Assembly: GCA_028534125.1 (NCBI GenBank)
Contig: CM052818.1
Span: forward strand, 48,610,001 to 48,674,000
Length of the DNA stretch: 64,000 nucleotides
Source of the DNA: Lama glama
Taxonomy: Eukaryota
Direction: 5' to 3'
Positions 1 through 12,388 of the stretch are shown in pieces. The translations under genes were made by a program, and so were the position numbers. The stretch's first letter is position 1. Each line of letters begins with the position of its first letter. The notes under the pieces are model-generated. The model ran no database searches. It had not been told where the DNA came from and saw only the letters and a list, made by a program, of their open reading frames with translations.

Positions 1-89
1 ATGCGACCGGCCAGCTCTGAAAGCCTAAGCTTATACAATGCCTCCCAACGGGCCCTCTGACTGTAAATAAAAAGTGCCTGTTTGTATTA

Positions 90-262
90 TTTGTTAGACC
101 TGGAAGGAACCTCAAATACAATCTAGTTCAGCACCAGTTTATGCATTCAGAAAACAGAAGACTAGAGAGGCAAAGCAAGTTACCTAACACGGCACAGCTG
201 AACGGGAGACTCGACAGAATCAGAATTCACTTCCCTGCCTCTTCATCCACGGTCCCTTTCCG
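90..262 (-). mobile_element. MIR-family SINE relic
   Basis: ttagacctggaaggaacctc...atctagttca...gaaaacaga...agagaggcaaagcaagttacctaa...cacagct resembles the MIR core. Confidence 0.55.
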
Positions 263-410
263 AATGGCATGCCGTCTCTTCTCTGTTCCTGAACAGAGGC
301 CTCTAATCTTGCCACATGAAGCAATCTTATCCATGAAATTTTTTGAGCCATCACTGCCCACCCCCCATATATGTATCATTTTTCAAATGAAATACATGTG
401 CCAGTGACCC

Positions 411-476
411 CACTATGCTGTACACCAGAAATTAACACGTTGTAAATCGACTATACTTCAACAAAATTAAAAAGAA
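411..476 (+). mobile_element. Extreme 3' end of a cetartiodactyl-type L1
   Basis: cactatgctgtacaccagaaattaacacgttgtaaatcgactatacttcaa plus an A-rich tail. Homologous to the ends of the other L1 copies in this window. Confidence 0.8.
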
Positions 477-839
477 TCATGAGATTTTTGTCTATTGGAA
501 TTGCTCCTCTGCCGTGTTTTAAAGAGGTCTCATCTATCTACACGTGAACGACATTCTCCATGTGAGTCCCAGCAGGAAGCCACGTCTGAGAACCAGCTCC
601 GGAAGGGTCCCCCCAAACATCCGGACACTGCCCACCGCCTCTTCACTTCCTCCAGAGAGCGGAAGAGGGGAGGCAAGGTCATGGTGGTCACCCCGGCTCC
701 TTCTGCTGCTTCTGCTCTAGAGCTGAGCAGGCTTCTGCTCTGACACCTCCTGATTCCCTCACCGGCGTTTGACCCTCTCCCCGCCATACTCCCACGCTAC
801 GCCCCCCAACATGGCACAGAGCTTCCCAATCCAGGTTTC

Positions 840-1960
840 ACGTCTGAGTCGTGCATTCGGGGCACGTGTTAGGGAGCTCCCACCAGGCTTCAGCGCCAGA
901 ATCTGGGGTCACGGGGCCCCACAAGGTAGAAAGGTCCCTGCCCTCAAAGGACGACGGCCCGAGGCAGTACCTCTGATTCACTGAGTTTTTCCCTTTGTGG
1001 GCCGAGGACCTCCTGGTTTCCCAGGCGAAGCGGGAGCACCGCGCTCTCCCGCAGCTCGCCCAGGGACATGCAGCTGACACACAGCTGAAACCGACAACCG
1101 GGTCTCCTGCGACGGAGCGGGGGGGCCCCGCGAGCATGCGCAGTCCCTCCCACCGCCCACTCCCCTCGGGGGCGGGGGACCAAGTGGGTCTTTCCATCCC
1201 AGACCGGAAGGAGGGGGGCGCCGGCGCTGGACACGCGCCAGCCAGGCCCGCAGGGTTGCCTGGGCTCACCCGGGGGGTGGGGGGCCTGCAGTGCAAGGAC
1301 GTCTCTCTATTGCTGTTTTTTCCAACCTCTGAAATATTAAATGTCCCCAAAAGACGGCTCCTGATCTCCCTCCAACAGCCCCCTCCCCTCCGTCTCCAAA
1401 CCCATTAATGTCACATCGACCAAGCGAAAAATCAGATTTACAGACTCTACCCTTTCTTTTCCCTGCCTCCTTTTTCTTCCCCTTAATCCAGGCACAGCCA
1501 GATTCCTCTTCTTCCTCTCGCTCACTCGGTATTCATGCTCCTGCTCCCTCGCCCTCCGAGGTCACCTCCACGTGGTTGGCTGCGCTCGCTCAACCCGGGG
1601 TCACCGGCCACGGCATCCCAGATCGGCGCCGGCTTTGCCGGGGTGACTGGTCATCTTGTCAGTCCCGCAGGCTTCACCCCGAGGTCTCCCTGACTCGCTG
1701 TGCGTCTGGCTGCACTGACTGGGAAAGGCCTTGTCTCCCTTCCTCCCGCCCACGCCCCTCAGCATCCTTGTGACACAGCCCAGAGGCCTTCTGAACAAGT
1801 GTTTCTAAGCAATGCCGTCTGCTCAGGTTCCTGCGTCGCACAGACACGGGCTGCGAGGTGGAACCCGAGCCCGGCGTGGTGCTGGCCCCGGCTGCCCCGG
1901 CTGCCCCGGCCTCCCCGCTTGGTCCACAGCAGTGTCCACTTTTGCCTCTTTGGCTGATGG
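840..1960. promoter_or_regulatory. CpG-rich region downstream of SOX11 with an AT-rich TAAT-motif core (candidate enhancer or weak CpG island)
   Basis: CpG-dense flanks around 1330-1500, which contains ATTAAA, CATTAATG and TAATCC motifs. Confidence 0.45.
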
Positions 1961-2319
1961 GCTCCCCGAAGGCTTCCCTTGTACCAACTCCTGCTAGCTC
2001 TTGGACCAAAGTACCTTCTTCTGTTTTTATTTATAAAACACCAGCAGGTGAAAACAGTTTAGGCAAAAGTGATGCTTCTAGAACTTTCTGGTTTGATTGA
2101 AAATGTTGTTGAGTAGAAGTATTTAAGGCAAAATTTCATAGTCCCCAGCCTTGTTAAATAGGCCATAAATGAACACGACTTAAGCTTTTTCTGATGACTC
2201 GGTGTCTCCATTATAAACACTGATTCCTGAAAAGTGGTATAACACATTGAGCCACTCAGTCACCTGAGTAGACCTGTTCACCCTCACACAAAATGACTCG
2301 AGCTTTGAGCTATTTGTTT

Positions 2320-2323
<4 letters not shown>

Positions 2324-2364
<41 letters not shown>
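2324..2364 (+). repeat. (TA)n microsatellite, ~20 units
   Basis: Directly visible. Confidence 0.98.
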
Positions 2365-2367
<3 letters not shown>

Positions 2368-5300
2368 TCTCTTATGAATCTCTCTCCTCTTTTTTTCTTC
2401 ACTGCTGCTTCTTTAGGTCCCATATTCACTCCTCTTAAATTGTGGATTTTGACATTCTGAGTCAGAAAAGCAGAATTTTACCTACGAGGGACAAAATCAT
2501 ACTTGAGGGCCTCTTCATTTTGAAATGCCACCTGCTGAGTCAAATCAGTCCTAATCTACAGTGGCCATGAGGATGTCTGTGCTAAGGAACAGGGCACCTT
2601 GAAGAGCTGTTTATTGGCAAAGGAGTCGTGACACACTTGAGCGATGAAGATGAATGAGAAATCTCGTGTCATCCTGACGCTGTAAAGCTCTGCAGATGTA
2701 AAGCAGTTCTCAAACACACCTTTAATATAACTATTTCTTAAAAACAACCCTAACATTTCAGTGGGTAACTCCAGTGTCCTGTGTGTGGATAGGCGTGACA
2801 TTTCTTCCTATTTTTACCATTTCTTAAAACATTTTTTCCCCTTTTGTGCATTGTACTGAACTCTGTTTATTTTCCGACATTTAACACACCATCTTCCCTC
2901 TTCGGCTATTTAAACAGTTTTTAACTTTACTTCCTGGATTCAAAGAAATACAGACCCATTCAAATAATCCCAAAGAAATCGGGGTCTAGTGTGATTTTGG
3001 TCTGGCCGCATTTAAGAGAAAACCTGAGTGTCACTTACCTCAAACGTGAACTGGGGTTGGCTAGGAGTTGCCGACTGGTTAAGGATTCTGGAATTCCTTT
3101 CCCTTCGGCTTCATGTTCACACCTGTGGCTCCAGACATCACATCTATATCCCAGACGGAAGGAAGGAACATCTGCAGAAGGGCACATGTCTATCCCACAC
3201 GCTTCCTTGTAGAGATGTCTTCCTGGAGGTCTCACTGAGCAACCTGAGTAACATCTCCCCGCTCAGGACCATGTCACAGGTCACCTCTCTACAAGGGAAG
3301 CTACTTTATCTGGCTGGTCATGTTGTGACTGAAACCAAAGTGAGTTTTTTTTAGTAAAGAAAATGGCCGGGTAACTATTGGGTAGGCTGCCTGCGGCCTG
3401 TGGTTTTACGTATGAAACCTCACTGGGCTGGGGCCAGTAAGCACCGGGAGCTGCCCTCCAGACACTGGGAGCCCTCTCTCGGGAGTCACGTGACTCTCCC
3501 ACCTGCTGCTCCCTCCTGAGCTCCTGTTTCTCGGGCTTCCCCTTTGTTTTTGGCCTCATTTCAGCCTGGAATGCCTATTCCAGCCCTAACAGCCCCTCAA
3601 GACCTCTCTCCTCAAACCCTGCAGAGCACCAGGCCAGTCTGCATGTTTCCAGCCCAAATCCGGAAAGGAGTTTGAGTATTAGTTCAGACTAGCTCTAGAG
3701 AGACAGAGTTCCAGGTGAGGAGCAACCCTGTCACCCCGAGCTACCCTTGAGCTTAGGGGCCACAAGGCCAAGTTGGTCCAGTCAGGACACTGGGCAGAAC
3801 ACGGTTATTTAGTCCAGATGGAACGGAGAGTACGCAGACCGGGCTGCAAATGATGGGCACCTGTGGCATGCAAACTCAGGCTAAGTACACAGTGGTGATT
3901 ATTTCATAGAGAGAGAAATCTCAAGGGTCAGTCTTGTCTCTCCTAATTTTGTTTTGCAGATCTGCTCGTGTGTGCCTGTTACGCTCAGATCTAGCTTCCT
4001 GTCCGATCCTAGAAGAAAAAAATCTGTAGCTCTGGGGTTCGGTCCAGCCAGATGACAAAGCCTGCAGTGACTGTGAGGTGTCCTGCCAGGCCCTCCTCCC
4101 GCCCCCCGAGTCTCCAAAGATCAGAGCAGATCCTGGTTTCAATGAATGTGCTTTAACCAATGTCCAAATCAGGATTCAGTTATGTCAGTTTCACCAAGCT
4201 GCATGTCTCATAAAAGCACTGACTTGCAGGTAAGGCCAGGGTCTCTTCCAACAAGATCATCGTCCGTCTTTGGGTCAAGACACTCTGCCCAGTTGTACTA
4301 CTTCTACTGTACCTTATAGACCAGCCACCGCTGGGGCAGGGCGCATCACCCCTTCCTTTCACTCCCTGATCCACTGGGAAAATGACAAAGTCCAGGTTTT
4401 CACATTTTATGTTTTCCTATCAGTGACATTTTAGCCAGAGATGTCTCTTCAGTACACTTAACCACAGAACTTTTTTTAAAAATTCTATTTTTATGAAACC
4501 CACATCATTGAAAAGCAAGGGATATAACACATAGCACCAGGAGTCCCCATAAGGAGTCTGAAACACGTTCAGGATGCTTTAGTGTTAATTTCAAGGGAAG
4601 TTATATGCCAGGTGTAACTTACACAAGGTCTATTTTTTGTTTCTTTCGAAATTTGAATCAAAATAAAATTCTACCAAAGTGAAAGACATCCTAAGATATT
4701 CATGAATGAAGCTAAAACATGGACTGTACTATATAAGGGTGGGACGGTGTGGCCACAGACAGCTGTCATTTGTCCTTTGGTTTGTAGTGAAAAATCAGTA
4801 TAACTAAGAGTGGTTGTGTTAACTGTGCACTTCGAAATTTGTTACAACACAACACAAACGTTTCTACAAAACCAAATTTAATATACAACACACACTCACC
4901 ATGTAAACACATCTTTTAAAAAAAAATCTGATCATTCCAAGGATCACTTACAGGCTTCCATAAAAGTATTTTATATCAAGAATCTCAATACAGAATGAAT
5001 TCTATGGCAAAGTACATTTACACTGTAAACTGTTATAGAAAAAAAAAAAGACACAGAGAAATGGAGTTTGCTGGTATTGAATTCAACAGCAGCAACTGCC
5101 CCTAATATATTTTTTTCTTCATTTCCTACTTCAAGCATTTCTGACAAAACATGTTTATCTACCCTTCTAGTCTCTATGGTTTATTCACTCAGTCAGCCAG
5201 TTAAAAATCGTGAGACATTATATACCATGCTTATACCACTAGTCAGCAGCTCTCAAACCTGCCCAGAGCATTGCTTGGGGGTAGGGGGGTCCTCCTCGCC

Positions 5301-5438
5301 AGGCTGACGCCCAGCACTTCCCACCTGTCCCTGGTATGAACGCTGAGGACGACACTCTGGGAACTGAACAGTAGTCATCAATGCCAAACTGGAAAAAAAA
5401 GTCACATGAAAACCACAAGTGCGGATCGATCACACAAT

Positions 5439-5444
5439 TTTATT
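5439..5444 (-). terminator. Distal (probably major) poly(A) signal AATAAA of SOX11
   Basis: Minus strand reads ctAATAAAattgtgtgatcgatccgca, followed by cttgtggttttcatgtgactttttttt (GU/U-rich downstream element). Confidence 0.75.
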
Positions 5445-8400
5445 AGAGTCTTTTGAACAAATGTAGTCCTCTGTGAAAAACTCTTGCAAAAGAGACATTG
5501 GGGCATACTATTTTCAACCCTGAGCAATAACACTGCATACCAAGGGGGGCGGGGCGAGAAGCTGTTCCGATCGAAGCACAAGCACGGCCACCGATATGCT
5601 CTATGTGGTCAGGTTTTTACAAAAAAATACATAGTTTTCAATAAATAATGCTTAATTTTACAACTTTGATACAGCAATGTCATACACTGGTTTTTAACAC
5701 ACGAAACTCTGCATGCTAGATAGTCTACCCAAGACGAAGCTTTCCCATGCATTTTCTCTCCCCCAGTGCCGCTGTCAGACACACGCCATCCTCCAGCGCC
5801 CGGCCCGGGGGGGGCGCTCCCCTCTGCAGCACGACCCCCAGCCCTGCGCTGGCATGCAAACTCTAAAAAGGTCCCCCCACAAACCACTCAGACTTCTAAA
5901 CAAAAGGGTTTTTCAGCCTTCCTGCTGCCAAACCTGGAGTGGCTCTGAAAGTAGACTTGTGCAGTGTCCTGCTGGAAACTGCCCTGACACGGCAGGTGGC
6001 TCTGTCCTGCTGGCCTTCAGGAAGCCCTGCGGGATGCCATCAGCACTAGCAGTCCCAAACTGGAGAAGCAGGCCTCCCTTCTACAACAGTCCGTTCAAAA
6101 AAAGGTGTCGAGAACAAATGCCAAAGACTCTTAAACCCACAACATATGTACAAGAGTAAAAAGAGACAAAATGGGAAATTAATGGTAATGGCATAGAACA
6201 ACATCTCTCCCTGTGTGATTCAAAGGATGGGGCACTGTGTTTCTGACCATAAGCTGCATGAAGGAGAATGTGTTAGAGGGCCCTTTGTCAGTATCTGTTT
6301 GATCAAAATTCTTTATGTCGTACAGGATCCTTATTTCCAGTTGCTCTCACTTTTTGTTTGTTTTTTAAAGAAGGAATGTAATAGTCAAAATAAGGAAAGC
6401 ATCAAAGTCACTTCCAGGACCCTAGAGTAAAATTGTTTTTTTTACACATTTGCAAACGTTTTGTCATATTGCTTTATTGTGTCATTTTCACAGACGAGAA
6501 AACCCGCGTCTACGGGACCACAGAAAAGAAGTTTGATCAAATACTGAGAAGGAAGCCTCCACATCTGCACATCTAGGTTGTTCCAATTCATTGACGGCTC
6601 CTGTGAAACCACATCTCAACGCGACCATACTGCTCTGAGTGGTTTGTTTTCTCTTAACAGAGAAGTGATCTGTTTGCAACAGAAGTTCCCAAGTCCTGTA
6701 CAACAGTCCTATCTGTGCACTGGCAGAGGTATTGAATCTTTTCAGAGTTATCTCTACCCAAAAGAATTATTACTTTTATACATGGAACATTATGAACGTG
6801 TTTCCCTTTGCAAGCCGTTTTATACTTTCTGCACGTTTGTGCTTTTATTGAGTATAAAAATAGGTCTCCTTTAAAATTCTATTTAAGTTCACTAAAAAAC
6901 TACTTGTTTGTGAAATTCTCTTAAAAACTCACTGCATCCACATGGAATAGATAAAACTAATCAGGCAGCTAATTGACATAGGTAGTGTTAAAAAAATAAC
7001 AATGAAAAAAAAATGAGGATACGTGAGGATTCAAGAAAAAAGCCAGTAGGAAAGTACAATGGAAGAGAGGTAAATTTCATAAATCGTGTTTAATCTTTAT
7101 TGTGATTGAAAATGTGGGCTCCACAGAAAGTGGGGGTGGGGTGGCTGAGCCGTTATCAAAGAGCAGAATTTGTCAGATCATCAGATGAAAGGGAATATGG
7201 TAGAATAAATCCAATAAATGAACAGTGAGAAAGAGCCAACGATGAAAACAAGCCAGATCTCTGCAAAGCACGTGTTAAGAGTCATTACATGGAGACGGTG
7301 ACTTTGGGAGCTTGTGAATCCCTGTGTTGAACACCTAAGGCTGTCTGTGTCCCCACAGGCCTGGGCTATACAAAGGGTACTGGAAACTGACATTCCTAAT
7401 GGAAATTTTATAAAATTTGGCCCTTACAAGAACTGAGAAATAGCCTGAAAAATCTTCCCTGAAGCTGTAGTAAAGAAAGTTTCTTATCTACTGATAAAAT
7501 CATCAACTCAGTGAACTATTTTCGCTGGTCGTCCTACATAAGAAAAAAGCACAAATATATCTGCCTCAGAAATCTGTTAAAAGCAGGGGACCACGCAGTA
7601 AAAGAGTATAAAGATTCTATAAATGGGAGAGTCCAAGAAAACCTCTCTCCAAAGTGTCCACAAGGATATATATGCCCATTAGAAGAAAAAGTAAGAATAT
7701 ACATATTATTAATCATATCAGAGAATAAAAAAGTTAAGGTTGATATAATATATTTATATTGAATGACTACTTTAAAATCGAGCAACTTATTTGCTTTCTT
7801 TCCCAGGTTCCTTGGGCAAGTCATTTAAGTTCTGAAGAGAAAAGCAAATGTAACTTTCTCAAACTGGAGCAATTACAAATGATTCTGGTTTCCACTGTCA
7901 GAGAAGGGAGACACAAGTCCTGCCTTTTCAGTCTTTTTTCTTTCTCAAAAAAACAACTAAATCATCCTGACTGCTTATATGCATGCATATTTAAATCACT
8001 TCCCCTTGATTAACATTAAAAAGAAACACTTGTGCCCAAAACGGTTTTAAAGATTTTTTTTTTCCCAGCTAAAGGGTAATCTTTCTACAAATAATTTGCC
8101 CTGTGACTGTAGTCATTCATAACATACATATTTGCAAAGCACAGTTTAAATACACTGCCTTTATTAGCAATATATATTTTTTAATAAAAAGGATGCATGC
8201 CAGAGTGTAAGAACTAGAAGATTATTTCCACAGTCTAAAGAATTAATAAGAGAATGCTGGTTCTTAAAGATGGAAATCTTAGCAAAATGCCATCGTAAGT
8301 CTGTGAACTGCTTATAAACAGCAGGATCCGCACTGGCTAGGCTGCAGAGCACTCGGCGCCCCTCCCCCCACCACGTTGCCATTTAAAAATATTCTGTCAA

Positions 8401-9459
8401 TGCTTAGTTAAAAATAAGACTTACTTAAGAGACCAAAAAAATGCAATCCAACTTTTATTGAAGACTATCCAGTGGTAAGAATACCTGTGTATTATATTAT
8501 GCTTTAGACATTCAATAAGGAATTCATTAAGAATGATTTTTCACAATGCAGTCATCAAAACAGCCTTAAATATTGTTAAAAGCGCATTCGAGCGCCCGTC
8601 CTGAGTTCTAACAGGCTTTTAATTTCAGGTCACCGATCATCTATTTTCTTCTCTTCTTTTACTATCAAGAACTTAGGCTACATAGTTTTTTTTTAAAAAT
8701 TTATCAAGACTATTAGTTTCCAGTCCGAAGCCAAATTATTACGTTGCTGATTTCCGTAACTCAGTTTCTACCTCACCACAGAAAATGTCCGATTCATCTA
8801 TAATTGAAACATAAAATACATGCAGAGTTTTCCGTTTTTCAAAATACATAGACTCAGCCTTATAAATGGGTCTGTGTTGTCAACAAGTTTTAGAACTGCA
8901 GCAGAGGGCCGCCACGTAAAATCACCAGCACAGAGAACTGTCAATTGTAAACTCTGGTTCAATTATCCGTGGCTAAAATAAATGTCCCACCAATGACTAC
9001 ATCAGTCGATCATGTTGGGGGGGAGGGGAGGAAGGTAAACAATTCCAGAAATCCAATTCTACATTGAGAACCTTGTTAACACCATCCGCCCTTTCTCCTC
9101 CCAAGTGTACTGCTGAAATCTGAGGGTTCCTAGAAATGAAACAGCCACAGACAAGAAATCTGTCCAGCCACAGCAAAAGCTCGCTGGCTTCACATCCCAG
9201 GACTGAGGGCTGGGGCGGAGGCTCGCCCCGAAGGGGAGGGAGGCTGGGGGAAGCTGGGCCTGGGAGCACAGGGGCAAAAGAGGCAGGGGAGTGGGAGGTG
9301 AGGAAGAAAGGGCGCGGGGCCTCTTTGGCCTAGCGGCTCCCAGTAGTGAGTGAATGCTTCCATTTGGCCTGCCCAATTCTCTGTAAAGACGGCGAGACCA
9401 AATCTTGATAAACCATCTCAGTAGGTTAGGAAGAGAGGCGTGCTGATTTTGCACCGAGT

Positions 9460-10620
9460 TTCAGTTAGCCACAGAAAACCTCCCCCACCCCGGGCGCCTC
9501 AGCTCTGAGAGGGAGAACTCGATGGCTGGCGCTCTGGGCCTCCCCGCAGCCTCCCTGCCTCCCTCGGCGCGGCCCCCAGGGAAAGGGGGGCGGAAGGCGC
9601 GAAACGGGAGCCGGAGCCAGGGGCGCGCGTGCCCGGCCGCCAGGGCCCGGAGACACGGCTGGGTCTGGAAAAACGAGTGGAGGAGGAAAGGGTAGACTGG
9701 CCGGACACAGTCCGCAGCGAGCCCCCAAGGAAGCAGCTGGAGAAGGAGAATCGATCAAGAAGCCGAACCACCTTCCCGGAGGCGGCCTTCCCGGAGGCAA
9801 ATTCCGAAGCGGCCCCCGAGCCCCAGAGCTGCAAGGGCGCTGGGTGCCGGGGTGCGGCCCGCGCCTCCTCCCGGGCTGGCTTTCTTCCTCCCGCCGCACA
9901 GCCTGGCGGCTCCCCTCCCCAGCCGGCGGGCCTCCCGGCCCCGGCTCGGGTATCCCGCGCGGGCCCAGGCCCCAGGGCGGGGTGCACCGAGGCGTACGCG
10001 GCCAAGGCCGCCGCCCAGGCACTCAGCACCTCCATCCCCTTCGGGGGCTCGGCCCGCGCGGACGCCCCGGGGACCGCGGCTCCGGTGGCCTAGTGGCCGT
10101 GCCATGTTCCCTCCCCCCGCGGCCCTGGGCCAACCTTCCGCGCCTTCCTTCCGCAGCTTGGGACCCGCCGCGCCCCGCGCTCCCGCGGCCCCGAGGGCAC
10201 AGGGAAGACAAGACACCGGCCACGACCACCTCTCCCCTGACCAAGGCAGCGCTCGAGATCGAGAACTGTGGCCGCGCTTCCCACCAGCATCCACCTCTGC
10301 GCACACGCGGAGATGCAGCGTCCAAAAAAAAAAAAATTCAAAATTGGAAAAGGCTGTCCCCACCCAATGAGGAGGGAGAACGGCAGGGATCTTAGCGCCC
10401 TCAGCGCTGGCCGCCCTTGGGCGGCTGTCACCGCGACGCGCAACCCAGGCAGAGAACGCGGACCACCCCCCACCTCCCACCAAGCCCAGGACACTGACCG
10501 CGCGCTGGTCACCCGGTCCTCGCCAAGCCTGCCCCTCCCGGCCTGCTCCCTGAACCTCTCCGCGCCGCCCCGCAGCCAGCCAGGATGGGTGGGGAGAGGG
10601 GACGGGAGTCGAGGAGGAGG
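9460..10620. promoter_or_regulatory. CpG island inside the SOX11 3' UTR
   Basis: ~1.1 kb GC- and CpG-rich block sharply bounded by AT-rich UTR sequence. Confidence 0.85.
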
Positions 10621-10900
10621 AGGTAAGAAAGGAAATGGGGGTGGGGAAGAAAAGGAAGGCAGAGAGAAAGAATCCTCCTCCTTGGTTTTTAATAACTAGC
10701 CAGAGAAGGAAGGGAGAAAACGAAATCGGCCTGCCCATGGAGCACTTTCAGCCTAAGCCCCCTAAATGTGGAATTCTCTTCCGCCACCTCCCACCGGTGC
10801 ACACAAGGGCCTTGTCACTGAATGCGCTGCGACAACAGAACCGCCAGTATGACTTCCATAGAGACTATTGGCGATGCGAGTTTCTATCAGTTCCAGCTGA

Positions 10901-11029
10901 TTTATTAAAATTGTCAAGATACAGACTTCCAGCACAAAAAAAAAAAAAAACAGGCAATGATGTCGACAGTGCATTGAGTCTGCTTTGCCACCATTTGCTA
11001 CAAAATATGCAGATGGTCTGTACTTTATT
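10901..11029 (-). terminator. Candidate proximal poly(A) signals (AATAAA at 11024-11029 and 10901-10906)
   Basis: Two canonical hexamers at the end of the proximal AU-rich UTR block, preceded by several TGTA motifs (about 11178-11191). Confidence 0.55.
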
Positions 11030-12323
11030 TAGATTATATTGCACAAAATGAGAAACTTTTTAAACTATGTGCCTTTTTTTTTCTTTTTGCTAAAAATCGA
11101 GAATCCAGTTTCAAACCTTCCATCTGGGGCCCCATCCACATATCACAGCGCATGAGATACATAAAGTCCTACTATAGTACAGTACATATACAATCTTTAA
11201 ACTAAGATAACAGCTCTGAGGTCTATATCACCATTTTCAATAAATCTTTACCTACAAATATTGAACAAATCTCTACTATAGCTGTACAAAAGAAAGTTCG
11301 CTTTTTTTAAACCACAAGGCCTTTAGATGCAAGGATTATTTTAAAATTTTAATCCTTTTTAAACCAGGACATAACGTACCAACATACTTGCATGCTAAAA
11401 AACAGAGGAAAAAAAAAGAAATCAAAAGGGAAGAAGTGCCTGAAAGTCTTACTGAAAAAACACAGCAAGAATGTTCCCTTTTCACTGTACAAAAATACGC
11501 CTGAAAATATATTAATTTTTAAAAAAGACTGAGGTCTGTTATGTATCAAAAATGTTTCAATACCTTTTGTACTGAGGTCTAGGCTGTCTGGTATTCAATC
11601 AAGGAGGTATAAGGGAACAAGTTACAAAAAAAAAGTTGGCAAGTAGAAATCACATTTGTAAAACCATAAACAATTTGATCTGAAAAGTAAACTCTGATCT
11701 TAAGTCAGTTCACAGTTTTGTTTTGTTTTTTTGTAAGCGTTTGTACAGTCTGCATTTTTTCAAGCTCCCTGCAGTTTTGTTAAGAATCGGATGCATAGAA
11801 GACATCAGTTTTCTCCCTCCAAAAAAATAAAATAAAATAAAAAATTTGCCATGGTCCCTTTTTTTGTTTTTGTGTTTGTTTTAAAAAAAATCACCAGTTC
11901 TTTAAGATCTCTTAAGAAAAAAAAAATCTCCAACCAACTCCCTAGCGTTAACAGTTGTGCTGCCCAAAGGGTCCTCTCCAGACGTCTTCCAGACTTCAAA
12001 GACCGACAAGCTTCAAACAGCGCCTTCCGGAGCGGGTCCTCCCTCCCCTCCCCCGCCCCGTCCCCTCCGCCTTTGTTGCAATCGCAAATTTCAGGAAAAA
12101 GAAATAGTAATTACAAAAACACATTTGGGGGGGAAAATCACAACTCCAGACTAGGTATGCAACTACCTTGAGACACGATAAAGGGGGGAGGGGCAAAAAA
12201 AGGACAGGGAAAATGTTTAAAAACTACTCATTTCACTTTAACTCCACCAACATTTTCATCTTTTCCAATTTCTTTGTCACGACATCATATCAATATCAGC
12301 ATCTTCTTCTCTCCCCTCCACCC

Positions 12324-12388
12324 TACCACCACCACCATCGACACCACCACCACCACCACCACCACCACCATCATCACGACCACCACGA
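12324..12388 (+). repeat. Imperfect (CAC)n/(GTG)n trinucleotide repeat in the proximal SOX11 3' UTR
   Basis: accaccaccaccatcgacaccaccaccaccaccaccaccaccaccatcatcacgaccaccacgac. Confidence 0.95.

Noticed and set aside
9465..10738. Many overlapping 140-330 aa ORFs in the 3' UTR CpG island
   Set aside because: Pro/Gly/Arg/Ala-rich, present in most frames, with no recognisable domain. Expected from stop-codon depletion in GC-rich DNA.
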